From contig JAVJQW010000023.1 of NCBI GenBank assembly GCA_040218735.1, positions 544,001 through 608,000 on the forward strand: a DNA stretch of 64,000 nt, given 5' to 3'. Origin of the DNA: Deltaproteobacteria bacterium (GTDB lineage: Bacteria > Myxococcota > Kuafuiibacteriia > Kuafuiibacteriales > Kuafuiibacteriaceae). Positions 28,698 to 38,500 of the stretch are shown in pieces (the stretch's first letter is position 1; the number at the start of each line of letters is the position of its first letter). The translations under genes were made by a program, and so were the position numbers. The notes under the pieces were generated by a model. The model saw only the letters and a program-made list of their open reading frames with translations. It was not told where the DNA came from and ran no database searches.

Positions 28698-29953
28698 GCG
28701 ACCCGCACCGAGACGCACCGATTCGCGAGGCCGTCGAAGCGACGGTCCGCGCCGATGGTGGGCGTCTCCTTGCGCTGTTGATCCGACACCTCGGCGACTT
28801 CGAGCTGGCCGAAGACTGCCTGCAGGACGCGCTCGCGTCTGCGCTCGTTCACTGGCGCCGCAACGGTGTTCCGCACGCGCCCGAAGCGTGGCTCATGCAG
28901 GTGGCGCGTCGCAAGGCGATCGATCGGCTGCGCCGCGACACGAACCTGCGCGGCAAGAAGGAAGAGTACGCCGCGCTGCTCGCGTTGGAGGCGGAGCAGC
29001 CCGACCCGTCCGAGATCCCGGACGAACGCCTCCGCTTGATCTTCACGTGCTGCCACCCCGCGCTCGACGAACCGACGCGCATCGCGCTCACGCTGCGGAC
29101 GCTCGGGGGCCTGACGACCGAGGAGATCGCGCGCGCGTTCGTCGTCAAGGAGCAGACGATGGGGCAACGCCTCGTGCGCGCCCGCCACAAGATCACGAAG
29201 GCCCGAATCCCGTACGAGGTCCCGGACGCCGAGCGGTGGCACGAACGCTTGGACGCGGTCCTCACCGTCCTCTACCTGATCTTCAACGAGGGGTACGCGT
29301 CGTGCCACGACGACTACATCCGCACGGACCTGTGCGAGGAAGCGATTCGCTTGACGAGCATCCTCGCCCGACTGTGCCCCGAGGAGCCGGAGGTCGAAGG
29401 ACTGCTGGCGTTGATGCTCCTCCCTCACGCGCGCCGCCGCGCGCGCCTCGCTCCCGACCGTTCGATGGTGCCGCTCGAAGAGCAGGACCGTAGCGCGTGG
29501 GACCACGAGGCGATCGCGACGGGCGTGGCGTTGGTGGAGACCGCGCTGAAGCGGGGCCGGCCCGGACCGTTCTCGATCCAGGCCGCCGTCAGCGCGCTGC
29601 ACGCCGAGGCGCCGACCGCGGAGGCCACGGACTGGGCGCAGATCGTGTTGCTCTACGAGACGCTGAAGCGCTACCGCAGCAATCCGATCTACGAGCTCAA
29701 CCGCGTCGCCGCGCTGGCCCACACCCGCGGAGCCGATGTCGCGCTGTCGCTCCTCGAACCGCTGCGGGCGTCGCTCGGCGACTACCAGCCGTTCCACGCG
29801 CTGGAGGCCGACCTACTCCGCCGCGAGGGACGAACGCGCGAGGCGCTCGACGCGTACGACGCCGCGATCGCCGGCGCGCGCAACGACGCGGATCGAAAGT
29901 TCCTCGAGCGACGACGCGAGACCGTTCGGCGAGCCTTGGATCGTTCGACGTAG
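28694..29953 (+). CDS. ECF sigma factor, ECF42-type with C-terminal TPR extension
   Basis: DFELAEDCLQDA, AWL..VARRKAIDRLRR, DERLRLIFTCCHPAL, YLIFNEGY, TDWAQIVLLY; coupled to the DGPF gene. Confidence 0.93.
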   Translation: MSDPHRDAPIREAVEATVRADGGRLLALLIRHLGDFELAEDCLQDALASALVHWRRNGVPHAPEAWLMQVARRKAIDRLRRDTNLRGKKEEYAALLALEAEQPDPSEIPDERLRLIFTCCHPALDEPTRIALTLRTLGGLTTEEIARAFVVKEQTMGQRLVRARHKITKARIPYEVPDAERWHERLDAVLTVLYLIFNEGYASCHDDYIRTDLCEEAIRLTSILARLCPEEPEVEGLLALMLLPHARRRARLAPDRSMVPLEEQDRSAWDHEAIATGVALVETALKRGRPGPFSIQAAVSALHAEAPTAEATDWAQIVLLYETLKRYRSNPIYELNRVAALAHTRGADVALSLLEPLRASLGDYQPFHALEADLLRREGRTREALDAYDAAIAGARNDADRKFLERRRETVRRALDRST

Positions 29954-29956
29954 GCG

Positions 29957-30733
29957 TCAGGCGGAGTCGACCAACGCCGCCAGCCGCGTCTCGGCTTCGG
30001 CGTCGCGCGGGAAGAGCAGCTCGACGCGGAGCTCGGAGAGGCGCACGTCGCGTGGCGCGTTGAAATACGAGATGACGGAGAACGTGCGGATCGCCGCGCC
30101 GCCGACCAGGAACGTCGGGCTGACGACCAGGGCGTCCTCGGGTTCGTCACGAAGCCGTACCCCTTCCACCTCGACCGCTTCCTCCGCGCGCGCGACGAGC
30201 GCGGCGAGGCGGTCGTCGAACGGGGAGGCGCGCTGCTCGCGGCGCAGTCGATGGAGGACGGCGGCGGCGACGGCCGGCCAGTTCTCGATCTTGTCGCGGA
30301 GCGAGGCCGTGTCCAGGAGCCCCTCGACCATGTTGTCGGGCCGCGCGCCGAGCGCGGTGAACAACCGCGCCGCGCCTTCGTTCTGGTCGACGACATCCCA
30401 CCACCCGTCGAGCACGAGCGCGGGGAAGGGTTCGTGTCGTTCGAGGATCGAACGGAGCGCCGCACGAAAGGGCGCACTCGACGCGTCGTCGCGCGCGTCC
30501 CGGTAGGCCGGCGGGAGCCCCGCGAGCGCGAGCAGCGCGTTGCGCTCCCGAAGCGGGACGTCGAGCGCGTTCGCGAGTCGGAGCACGATGTCGGCGCCGG
30601 GTCGGGAGCGACCGGTCTCGAGGAACGAGAGGTGTCGCTGCGACGCACGTGCCTCCAGCGCGAGCTCGAGCTGGGTCAGCCCACGTGCTCTTCGCCACTC
30701 GCGCAGCGCGCGGCCGAACGCCGAGGTCGTCAT
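29957..30733 (-). CDS. XRE-family HTH regulator with MmyB-like ligand-binding domain
   Basis: FGRALREWRRARGLTQLELA...RHLSFLETGRSRP...ERNALL; HEPFPALVLD; ELRVELLFP. Confidence 0.9.
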   Translation of the reverse strand: MTTSAFGRALREWRRARGLTQLELALEARASQRHLSFLETGRSRPGADIVLRLANALDVPLRERNALLALAGLPPAYRDARDDASSAPFRAALRSILERHEPFPALVLDGWWDVVDQNEGAARLFTALGARPDNMVEGLLDTASLRDKIENWPAVAAAVLHRLRREQRASPFDDRLAALVARAEEAVEVEGVRLRDEPEDALVVSPTFLVGGAAIRTFSVISYFNAPRDVRLSELRVELLFPRDAEAETRLAALVDSA

Positions 30734-30768
30734 GGCAAAGACGCTACTCGACGTCGGTCGTGTGCGCG

Positions 30769-30785
30769 ATGACCTCGGAGGGAAT
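30769..30785. promoter_or_regulatory. Imperfect palindrome, candidate operator of the XRE regulator
   Basis: ATGACCT-CGG-AGGGAAT between the divergent XRE and membrane-protein genes. Confidence 0.35.
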
Positions 30786-30822
30786 CGACGGGCGGATCGC
30801 GAGGTCGGTAGCGTCGTCCGCC

Positions 30823-31227
30823 ATGACGAACACGAATTCGACGCCCCGCGGCGTCCTGACCGCCCTCGCCGCGACGGCGATCCCCATCGGCGCGTTTGCG
30901 CTGCTCTTGCCCGAGACCCTCCTCGTGGAGGTGAAGGCCGCCGCAGCTGCGTCGAGCGCGGTCGCGATGGCACGCACGGTGGGCGTCCTCCTACTCGCGG
31001 TCGGGACTTTGAACCTCATGGTGCGGAACCACCCGCCGTCGCCGACGTTGCGCGTCGTCCTCTGGGCGGACTTGCTCCTGCAGGTCCTGATTCTCCCGCT
31101 CGATCCGCTCGCCTACGTGGAGGGCGCATTCGGGACCGCCGGAGCCTTCGTCCCGAACACGGTGCTCCACGTCGTCCTCATCGCCTGGCTCGCAGTCCAG
31201 GTGCGACGCGCACGAACGTGGGGCTGA
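30823..31227 (+). CDS. Small integral membrane protein (about 4 TM helices)
   Basis: Four hydrophobic segments; divergent from the XRE regulator. Confidence 0.75.
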   Translation: MTNTNSTPRGVLTALAATAIPIGAFALLLPETLLVEVKAAAAASSAVAMARTVGVLLLAVGTLNLMVRNHPPSPTLRVVLWADLLLQVLILPLDPLAYVEGAFGTAGAFVPNTVLHVVLIAWLAVQVRRARTWG

Positions 31228-31319
31228 GCGGAGGCCGGATCCCTGATTTCAACGGACGCGCAGCTCGATTCGTGGGAACTCGGCTGTAGGCGAGGCGCGG
31301 ACCAGGGCGGCCGAGGACA

Positions 31320-31877
31320 CTAGATGACGCCGATGCGCTTGCTCTCGTCATCGTCGGCGCTCTTCAGCCAGACTTCGGAGCTCGCTCGGTCCCGCGGGAC
31401 GACCAGGAAGCACGCCGGAACGCCGAGGCGCCCGATCTCGATGGCGGCGTACCTGACGTCGAGGCGACTCGGGCCGCCCGTGGACGGCTTCCACCCGACG
31501 ACCCCGACGTCGTGTGTGGGTTTGTCGAGCGTGACGTACAAGATGACCTGCGTGGCCCAGTCGACGTCGGGGACCGCGAGGGGTCGCTCCTGCTCGTCGA
31601 GGACCGGCGAAGCCGCAACGAACGAGGCCCACGCGTCCGAGCTCGCGGCGACTCCGACGTGCAGCTGCTCGGACGCGGCGTCCGGGCCAACCGGAAGACC
31701 GACGTGACGTCCCGGCAAGGTGGGCTCGTTCCATCTCGAGATGACTCCGCACTGGTGGGCTGTGACGACCTCCGCTTCGGCGGAGGCGATCGGCGCGGCC
31801 GAGCCTCCGGCAGGGGACGACGACGAAGCACACGCGACGACGAGCGAGAAGAGCGCGAGGGAGAGAAGCTGTCTCAT
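31320..31877 (-). CDS. Hypothetical lipoprotein (possibly PrcB C-terminal-like)
   Basis: LVVAC lipobox; PDVDWATQVILYV...PACFLVVPR. Confidence 0.65.
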   Translation of the reverse strand: MRQLLSLALFSLVVACASSSSPAGGSAAPIASAEAEVVTAHQCGVISRWNEPTLPGRHVGLPVGPDAASEQLHVGVAASSDAWASFVAASPVLDEQERPLAVPDVDWATQVILYVTLDKPTHDVGVVGWKPSTGGPSRLDVRYAAIEIGRLGVPACFLVVPRDRASSEVWLKSADDDESKRIGVI

Positions 31878-31988
31878 GCCTGCCTTCTACGCGCGGGTCG
31901 CGACGGAGACCTATTCTCGCTTCGCGATTTCAGGAGATGTCAGCGAGCCGTCGTCGCACTGCCTCGACGGCCGCCGAGCGACGATCGC

Positions 31989-33218
31989 TCAGACACACTC
32001 GACGGCCCTCGCAACGCCGTTCGAGCCACTCAGAGCACGCTGCGCGTCGAGGGTCTGCCAGCGCTGCCGCATGCGCCACAGCGTCGTGCGGTGAATGCCC
32101 AAGGCTTCGGCCGCGCGCTTCACGCTCCCGTGCACCGCGAGCGCGCGCTCCACGGCGCTTCGTTCGAGCGCGTCCAAAGGTGCCGACGTTCTCGGTGCCG
32201 TCGTCGGTGTGTCGGCCGCGCTGCGGAGCTCCGGTGCGAGCGCGCAGAGCTGCGTCGCGGTGAGCACCGGGCCCGCAGAGATCGACATGACGCGGTCGAC
32301 GATGTTCTTCAGCTCGCGCACGTTCCCGGGCCAGTCGTGCTCACACAGCGCTGCGCGCGCGCACGGCGCGAGCGAGACCTCGCCGGCGCGGTCGTGGGCC
32401 GCGATGAACCGGTCGATGAGCTCAGCGAGATCGTTGGGGCGGCAGCCGAGCGCCGGGACGTCCAAACGGAAGGTGGAGAGGCGGTAGTAGAGGTCCGCGC
32501 GGAACCGCTGCGTGGCGCTCTCTTCGAGGAGGTTGCGGTTCGTCGCGGAGACGACGCGGACGTCGACCGGGGTCGGGGTCGCCGCGCCGACCGGTTGGAC
32601 CTGCCCGGTCTCCAACACCCGAAGGAGCTTCGCCTGCATTGCCGGCTCGAGCTCTCCGACCTCGTCGAGGAACAACGTCCCGCCGGCGGCCTCCCGAAAC
32701 GCGCCGAGCGTGTCCTGGTCGGCGCCCGTGAAGGCGCCGCGTCGGTGCCCGAACAGCAGGCTCTCGGCGAGGTGCGGACTGATCGCTGCGCCATTCACGG
32801 CGATGAACTTGCCCGTACGACGCGAGCGGTCGTGCAGGCGTTTCGCGAGGAGCTCCTTGCCGACGCCCGTCGGGCCCGCGATCAGCACACTCCCCGGGCG
32901 CGGTGCGATGCGTTCGGCGACGCGCAGCGCTTCGCGCATCGGCGGATCGACCGCGACGATCGGGTCGCGGCGACGCGCGAGCCGCGCCCCCGCCACGGAC
33001 CGGAGCTCCGCGGTCGAAAACGGGATGGTGAGGTCGCGGCCGATGATCAAGACCCGCGAAGGCGTAGGTTGTGGCTCGTCGCCGTCGACGACGACGAGAT
33101 CGGCCTCCTCCTTCGCGGCGATCCGCCACGATGGCGCCGAGCGCTGCAGGACGGCGGCGATCGCGCACCCGAGCGGGCCCTCGAAGTCGACGCAGACCGA
33201 GGGGGCGACGAGGCTCAT
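31989..33218 (-). CDS. sigma54-dependent enhancer-binding protein (AAA+, Fis HTH) with truncated receiver-like N-terminus
   Basis: GPTGVGKE, ESLLFGHRRGAFTGA, LFLDEVGE, FRADLYYRL, WPGNVRELKN, AAEALGIHRTTLWR. Confidence 0.95.
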   Translation of the reverse strand: MSLVAPSVCVDFEGPLGCAIAAVLQRSAPSWRIAAKEEADLVVVDGDEPQPTPSRVLIIGRDLTIPFSTAELRSVAGARLARRRDPIVAVDPPMREALRVAERIAPRPGSVLIAGPTGVGKELLAKRLHDRSRRTGKFIAVNGAAISPHLAESLLFGHRRGAFTGADQDTLGAFREAAGGTLFLDEVGELEPAMQAKLLRVLETGQVQPVGAATPTPVDVRVVSATNRNLLEESATQRFRADLYYRLSTFRLDVPALGCRPNDLAELIDRFIAAHDRAGEVSLAPCARAALCEHDWPGNVRELKNIVDRVMSISAGPVLTATQLCALAPELRSAADTPTTAPRTSAPLDALERSAVERALAVHGSVKRAAEALGIHRTTLWRMRQRWQTLDAQRALSGSNGVARAVECV

Positions 33219-33838
33219 CGCGCGACCTCCAGCTCGATGCGAACGACGACGCGGCCCTCACGGAGCTCGACGGTCAGCGAGCGCTGCTGACTCGAAAGGG
33301 CCGCCGCGATCGGCTCGACCTGTGTTCGCACGGAGATCGCGTCGCCCTCCGCCAGACCCGAGGGGTGTGAGCGCTCCATCTCGAGGCCGTCGATGTCGTC
33401 CGATGAGCGGCGAAATGCGAGCACGCCACCGCTTCCGCCCACACGACAGAGCACGCCGACTACGGCTGCGACCGCGGCGCGATCGCGATCGCGATCGCAC
33501 CGGGCGTCGCTGAGCGCATCGAGCTCATCGATGACGTGAATCTCGGTCCGCTCCAGGTACGTAGCGAGCGGTGCGATGGTCTCCCTCACGAGGCGAGGTG
33601 CGGCGACCGAGGTGGGTGCGCCGATCTGCTCGCTGACCTCGGCGACGAGTGATTTAGCAGCAGACGCACAATGACTAATCTCATCGTCGAGGGCGATCAC
33701 GACAGCGACGAAGTCATCGTGGGACGAGGACAAGGCTTCGCGCACTAGCTGAACACGGAGTCGAGCCGCGGCCAGACGATGAAGGAGAGCAACGGTCTGA
33801 GCGTGTACGTTCGACCACGCCGCTTCCTCACGAAACAC
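33215..33838 (-). CDS. Hypothetical protein, degenerate histidine-kinase-like layout (~207 aa)
   Basis: Purine-rich site before GTG 33838; helical hairpin then alpha/beta region ending LTVELREGRVVVRIEL; no N/G boxes; ATGA overlap with the activator gene. Confidence 0.45.
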   Translation of the reverse strand: MFREEAAWSNVHAQTVALLHRLAAARLRVQLVREALSSSHDDFVAVVIALDDEISHCASAAKSLVAEVSEQIGAPTSVAAPRLVRETIAPLATYLERTEIHVIDELDALSDARCDRDRDRAAVAAVVGVLCRVGGSGGVLAFRRSSDDIDGLEMERSHPSGLAEGDAISVRTQVEPIAAALSSQQRSLTVELREGRVVVRIELEVAR

Positions 33839-34022
33839 AAGTCCCCCTTCCCCGCTCGACTGGCGGCCCAAGCGCCGTCGCGACCGCGCCAGGCATTGGG
33901 TCTACGATCGTGGTGTGTCGGATCTGACACAGAAATCGAATGCGATTCGATCACGTCGGAAGTGAGTCTTCGCGGGCGATACGCTCGGCGATTCGTAGGT
34001 GATTCGTGATAGTTTGGTGAGC

Positions 34023-34454
34023 ATGGCCGAGCTCGTCGCGGTGCAAGGAGCGACCGTCAAGCTGTCCCCCGTCGTGAAGTCGTTGAGTATCTCGGTCGAC
34101 ACACACGTACTGAGCATCGTGACCTCCGGCCCGCTCGCGACGGTCGACGATCTGGAGATCCTCCTCGAGAAGGACGTAGACTCGTCGTTCGCGACGTACG
34201 TGACGCCGTACGACAACGCGGCCTATGTCGGCGGCGTGCTCAAGTACTCCAAGCTGACGGTGATCGAACAGCTGTCGACGATCACAACGAAGGACGGCGA
34301 TCCCATCGTCCTCAAGAAGACGACCGGCAAGATATCTTGCTCGGTGACCAAGCCGGCGCAGGATCCCGCGCAAGGCACACCGGACCCCGTTGCTACCTAT
34401 GACTTGGAGATCGAGTTCACGGATGTGAGTCAGTCGATTCTCACGAGCGACTGA
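34023..34454 (+). CDS. Putative CIS spike-tip protein (Afp10/Pvc10-like, non-canonical PAAR)
   Basis: 143 aa, Thr/Val-rich; YVTPY...GVLK, DGDPIVLK, VTKPAQDP...PDPVATY resemble the CIS spike-tip family; locus B has no other tip gene. Confidence 0.6.
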   Translation: MAELVAVQGATVKLSPVVKSLSISVDTHVLSIVTSGPLATVDDLEILLEKDVDSSFATYVTPYDNAAYVGGVLKYSKLTVIEQLSTITTKDGDPIVLKKTTGKISCSVTKPAQDPAQGTPDPVATYDLEIEFTDVSQSILTSD

Positions 34455-35562
34455 ATTCTTCCGCCTGGGCGATCAAACTCACAGCGAGCGCCGAGACCTC
34501 CGCGGCCGGATCCATCGTCGCGGCCTGAAGGATCTGCAGCACCTGCGGATCAGCGTAGGTTTGCGGCGGCCGCCAGTGCATCAGCCCCAAACCCATCACG
34601 GCGCGGAGCCGACGCACCGGGTCACGCGCGTGGACCGCCGTGAGTTTGAGGAGGAGGACGGGGAGCACCGGCAGCCGCCGGCTCAACGTCCACGCTAGGC
34701 CCGAGGCCTCGGGTCCCGACAGACTCACCGTTCCGATGCCGAACCTGCGGTCGACGAGCGCTTCGATCGCGGTCGCGTCCAAGCGCATTTGCGCGCCGGC
34801 GACGTGGGTGCGGTCGGTGCGCTCCACGAGCTCGACGCCGGGCACCTCCAGGGTGATCTGCAGGATGTGCTCCGCGACCTCGGGTGCGAGCATGGGGAGC
34901 ACGACCTCCTCCTCCGACGCGGACGGGTCGAGGAACTCGGTCCAGTTGTCGATGAGCCCCTCCTCATCGCCGTCCTCTTCCCACGTGTCTTCGAGGACCG
35001 CGGTGAGGACGTCTCGCACGGCGCCGTGGGTTGGGTCGTCCGCGAGCGCTTGCACGCGCGCGCGGCCGTCGGGGGGAGGCTCCGACAGGAGCGCCAACAT
35101 CGCGCCCGACACCGTGAGATCGACGTCCCCCGTCGCCACCGCTGCTTCGACGGAGCGCCGGGCTTCGTCGTCCCAGAAGATCCCGTGCACCGGGTCCATG
35201 TACAGCGACGTCAGCGTGTCGAGCGCATCCAAGCGCGCCTCGGGGTCGGCCTGCGCGTTTCGGGCGTCGAGGTGCACCAGCGGCGTCGGGACGAGGTGCA
35301 GACGCTCGGCGATCTGAAACGCCGCGTCGACCGCGGTGGGGCCCGACACGTCCGCGACGCAGATCCCTCGGGCACCGGCGACGAGCGTGACCTCCGCGTC
35401 GCGGTCGTCACCCGAGAGTTGAAACGTCGCGCTGGGGCGTTCGTCGTCTTCCTCTTCGCCGTCGAGCTGCTCACCGTCGAGCTGTCCGGTGATTCGTGAG
35501 ACGAGCGCGTCGAAGTCACCGCCGTCGAAAAACGCGAGGCGCAGGGAGTCCGGCGGAATCAC
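34441..35562 (-). CDS. Acidic two-repeat protein, putative immunity/chaperone for the upstream effector-like protein
   Basis: 4-nt overlap with the upstream gene; internal duplication (GICVADVSGPTA...DPEARLDAL / GIGTVSLSGPEA...DPVRRLRAV), each followed by HEAT-like helices. Confidence 0.6.
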   Translation of the reverse strand: MIPPDSLRLAFFDGGDFDALVSRITGQLDGEQLDGEEEDDERPSATFQLSGDDRDAEVTLVAGARGICVADVSGPTAVDAAFQIAERLHLVPTPLVHLDARNAQADPEARLDALDTLTSLYMDPVHGIFWDDEARRSVEAAVATGDVDLTVSGAMLALLSEPPPDGRARVQALADDPTHGAVRDVLTAVLEDTWEEDGDEEGLIDNWTEFLDPSASEEEVVLPMLAPEVAEHILQITLEVPGVELVERTDRTHVAGAQMRLDATAIEALVDRRFGIGTVSLSGPEASGLAWTLSRRLPVLPVLLLKLTAVHARDPVRRLRAVMGLGLMHWRPPQTYADPQVLQILQAATMDPAAEVSALAVSLIAQAEEFSRS

Positions 35563-38500
35563 GATTGAGACTCATACTTCTTCTTGAGGGCCCGCTCTAG
35601 CTCGAGGATGTGTTTGTGCATCTGGTCGGGGAGGACGACGACGTTCTGCCCCAACTCCTTCTCGAGCTGCAGCCCGTGTTTCTTCACGAGTTTTCGCGCC
35701 GCCTCCGTCATGATCGCCGCACTGCGTCTCTCGTGCTTGGAGACGAACTGCTTCATGACGTGCGGCAGGACCGACGTCTGGAACACCTTGACGAGGTCGG
35801 GGCCCGACTCGGCGTTGGCGATATTCTCCAGCACGAGCTCCCACGCGCTGCCTTCACGGCTGAACTCGACGTGGATCAGCGTCTCCAGGCGCTCGACCAT
35901 GAGGTTGAAGGACTGGTCTTCCTGTACCCTCCCCTTCAAGGTTACGTCGATCTCTCCGTCGATCTGAATTGGGTGCCCTTGGAGCCGCTTCCTGAGCTTC
36001 TCCGCCTGAACCTTGGAGAGCTTGGCCAAGGTCGCGTTGATGTCGTCGTACGTGCCGATGCCTGCGACTTCCTCGGCCTTGCTGTCGACGACCGTGACTG
36101 CGCTCTTGGGCACGTCCGTCGCGCCGGTGAGGCCCTCCACGGGTAGCTTCGGCTTCTCACGGAGTTGGCCTTTGTCATTCCGCGTCCCGGTGGCGGCCAA
36201 GGCCTTCCGGCGCGTCCTCTCGATCATGTGTCGAGCCTTCGCGGCTGTGCGGTAGCGCTTTCCTTTCGGAGCCGACTTCGAGATCTGCGTGACCACGTTG
36301 TCGACCGCCCGCTGGAGGATCTTACCCAAGCTCACGACCGTGTAGGCCGCCATGATGTTCACGCCGGGCACCAGCGCGCCGAAGTGGTCCGTGACCTCCT
36401 TGAGAGTCGGAGCACCCTTCTTGCCGCTGACGAGGGCGTGCGCCTCCCGGTCCACCTGAGCCGCCTTCTCTCGCACCTTGGCGGCCCCGTTCGCGACGGT
36501 ATCCGCCTTGATCAGAGCCTTCTGCCTGCGTGCGATCGTCTCGAACCGCTTCGCGGTCGTCGTGAGCCGGTTCGGGCTCTTCGTAGCGCTCACGACTCCG
36601 CGTTGCCCGCTGATCATGACGTGCGTCGAGCGCTTCGTCTTTCTGAACGAGAGCTCCCCGGCCTTGTACTTGGCGCGGAGCGGGAGCTCCGTCGCGCCGG
36701 GGTGTTCGCCGAAGTAGCGGTAGATCGTGGAGAGCACGTACGCGAGGCTCTGCTGGCGGCGCACGAGGTCTTTCTGATAACGCCCCCGAGCTGCGCCCTC
36801 CGCCGTGCGGAACGCACGTACCGTGGCGTCGGCCGTATCGTCCGCGAGAATGACGAGGCGCTTGGCCTTCTTGATCTCGGCGCGCGCCTTCGACCGCCGA
36901 GACACATCGTGAATCTCGTCGAGCCGCGCCGTGAACTGGTCGAGTCGCGCCCGCACCTCCATCGGGTACGACGCGACCATCGGCACCGCGTCGTCGCCGC
37001 GACGCACGAAGTACATCTTGTGGTCACCGCCGGGCGCCGGCACCGGGACGACTTCGCCGATCGCCGAGTTCTCCTTCGCCGGCGACTCACCCGGCTTCGC
37101 GAGGCCGATCTTCGTCGCGATCCACGCGATCGCCTTGTCCAGGGCCCGGTCGACCATCGCCTGCAGGCCGCCAACGATCTGCTTCACCTTGTCGGGGAGT
37201 CCGCCGAGGCCGAGGATCTTCGCGAGCAGGTCGATCACGATCGGGACGAGCTTCGCCAGCGCTTGCTCGATGAGGTTCGCGGCGGCGCCGATCGCCCCGG
37301 ACATGATGCTCGCCGCACCGGTGACGACGGCGTCGATCAGCGAGAAGATCTTCGCCGCGTTGTCGATGATCCAGCTGACCACCTTGTAGATCATCTCGAC
37401 GGCCTGGATGATCGCACCCACAGGGTTGAACATCGCGATCAGCCGCGCGGTGGCGACCTTCACAATCGTCGTCACGATGTAGTCCTTGATCGCGGCCATC
37501 ACCGTGTTGACGATCGTCTCGGGGTTGATCTTGTCCTGGAGGAGCTTCCAGAGGCCCTCCCAGCCCTCCTTCATCAGGATGGTTACGAACTCGAGCGCCA
37601 TCTCGATGCGCCGCATGTTCTTCTCACCGATGTATTTGACGAGCTTCGTGCGAATGCGCGGCCAGCTGATGCCGAGGATCTGAAGAATCAACTTCAGCAC
37701 GGCCTTGACCGAGAACTCCGTCGGTACCTCGACCCCGACGTCTTTGAGCTTCGACGTCAGCCACTCGAGGAGGCCCTTGATCAGGTGCTTTCCGATGTTC
37801 GCCTTGAACTGCTCGAAACCCTTCTTCAGCGCCTTCACCACGTTGTTCGCGAACTTCTTGGGTTTGTCCGCAATCTTGTCGACCACGGCGGCGAACCGCC
37901 GGACCAGGCCCCAGAACGTCGGCGGCGGAATACCGAGGATCCGCAGGAGTCCGTTGACCATCGCGCGCAGCGGGTCGTCCATGAACTCACTCACGAAGTC
38001 GGCGAACTTCTGGAAGAGGCCCTTCGACATCTCCCGGAGCTTGGTGATCTTCGCCCTCTTCTCGGCGACGGTGCGCTTCAGACGGTTTCCGAGCTGCTTG
38101 TTGAAGTCCTTCCGCGTGTTCTCTACGTCCGTCTCCAGCTTCTTGAACTTCTTGTCGAACTTCGCCTGCTGCTCCAGGACGAAGTTCTCCATCCCCTTCG
38201 GTACCTTGGAGAGCTCGGTCTTGATCTTCGTGCGGGCGTCCTTGATGAGTTTGCGGCACGTCTTGATGACCCCGCGAACCCACGAGCTGATCGTGAGCGC
38301 GAGCTTGGACGCGCCGTTGACGAAGTCCTGCTCCGCGCGCTCGTAGAGCCGCACGATCCAACCCGGCAGCCCCACGAAGAAGTCGCGAATGCTGGAGAGC
38401 GTCGAGTCCTTGCGCTTCTTGATGTGTTTGTCGACGCGCTTCAGCGTGCGCTCGAAGTTCTCGCTGAGCGGTTTGATGCCGTCGTCCCACTGCTTGAGAG

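Noticed and set aside
27074-31227. Link between the sulfur-oxidation, ECF42 and XRE genes and the eCIS loci
   Set aside because: Common stand-alone modules with their own promoter motifs; only proximity connects them.
33479-33498. (GCGATC)3 tandem palindromic repeat resembling HIP1
   Set aside because: In-frame coding repeat (DRDRDR); CGATCG is frequent throughout the window, so there is no evidence of a special role.
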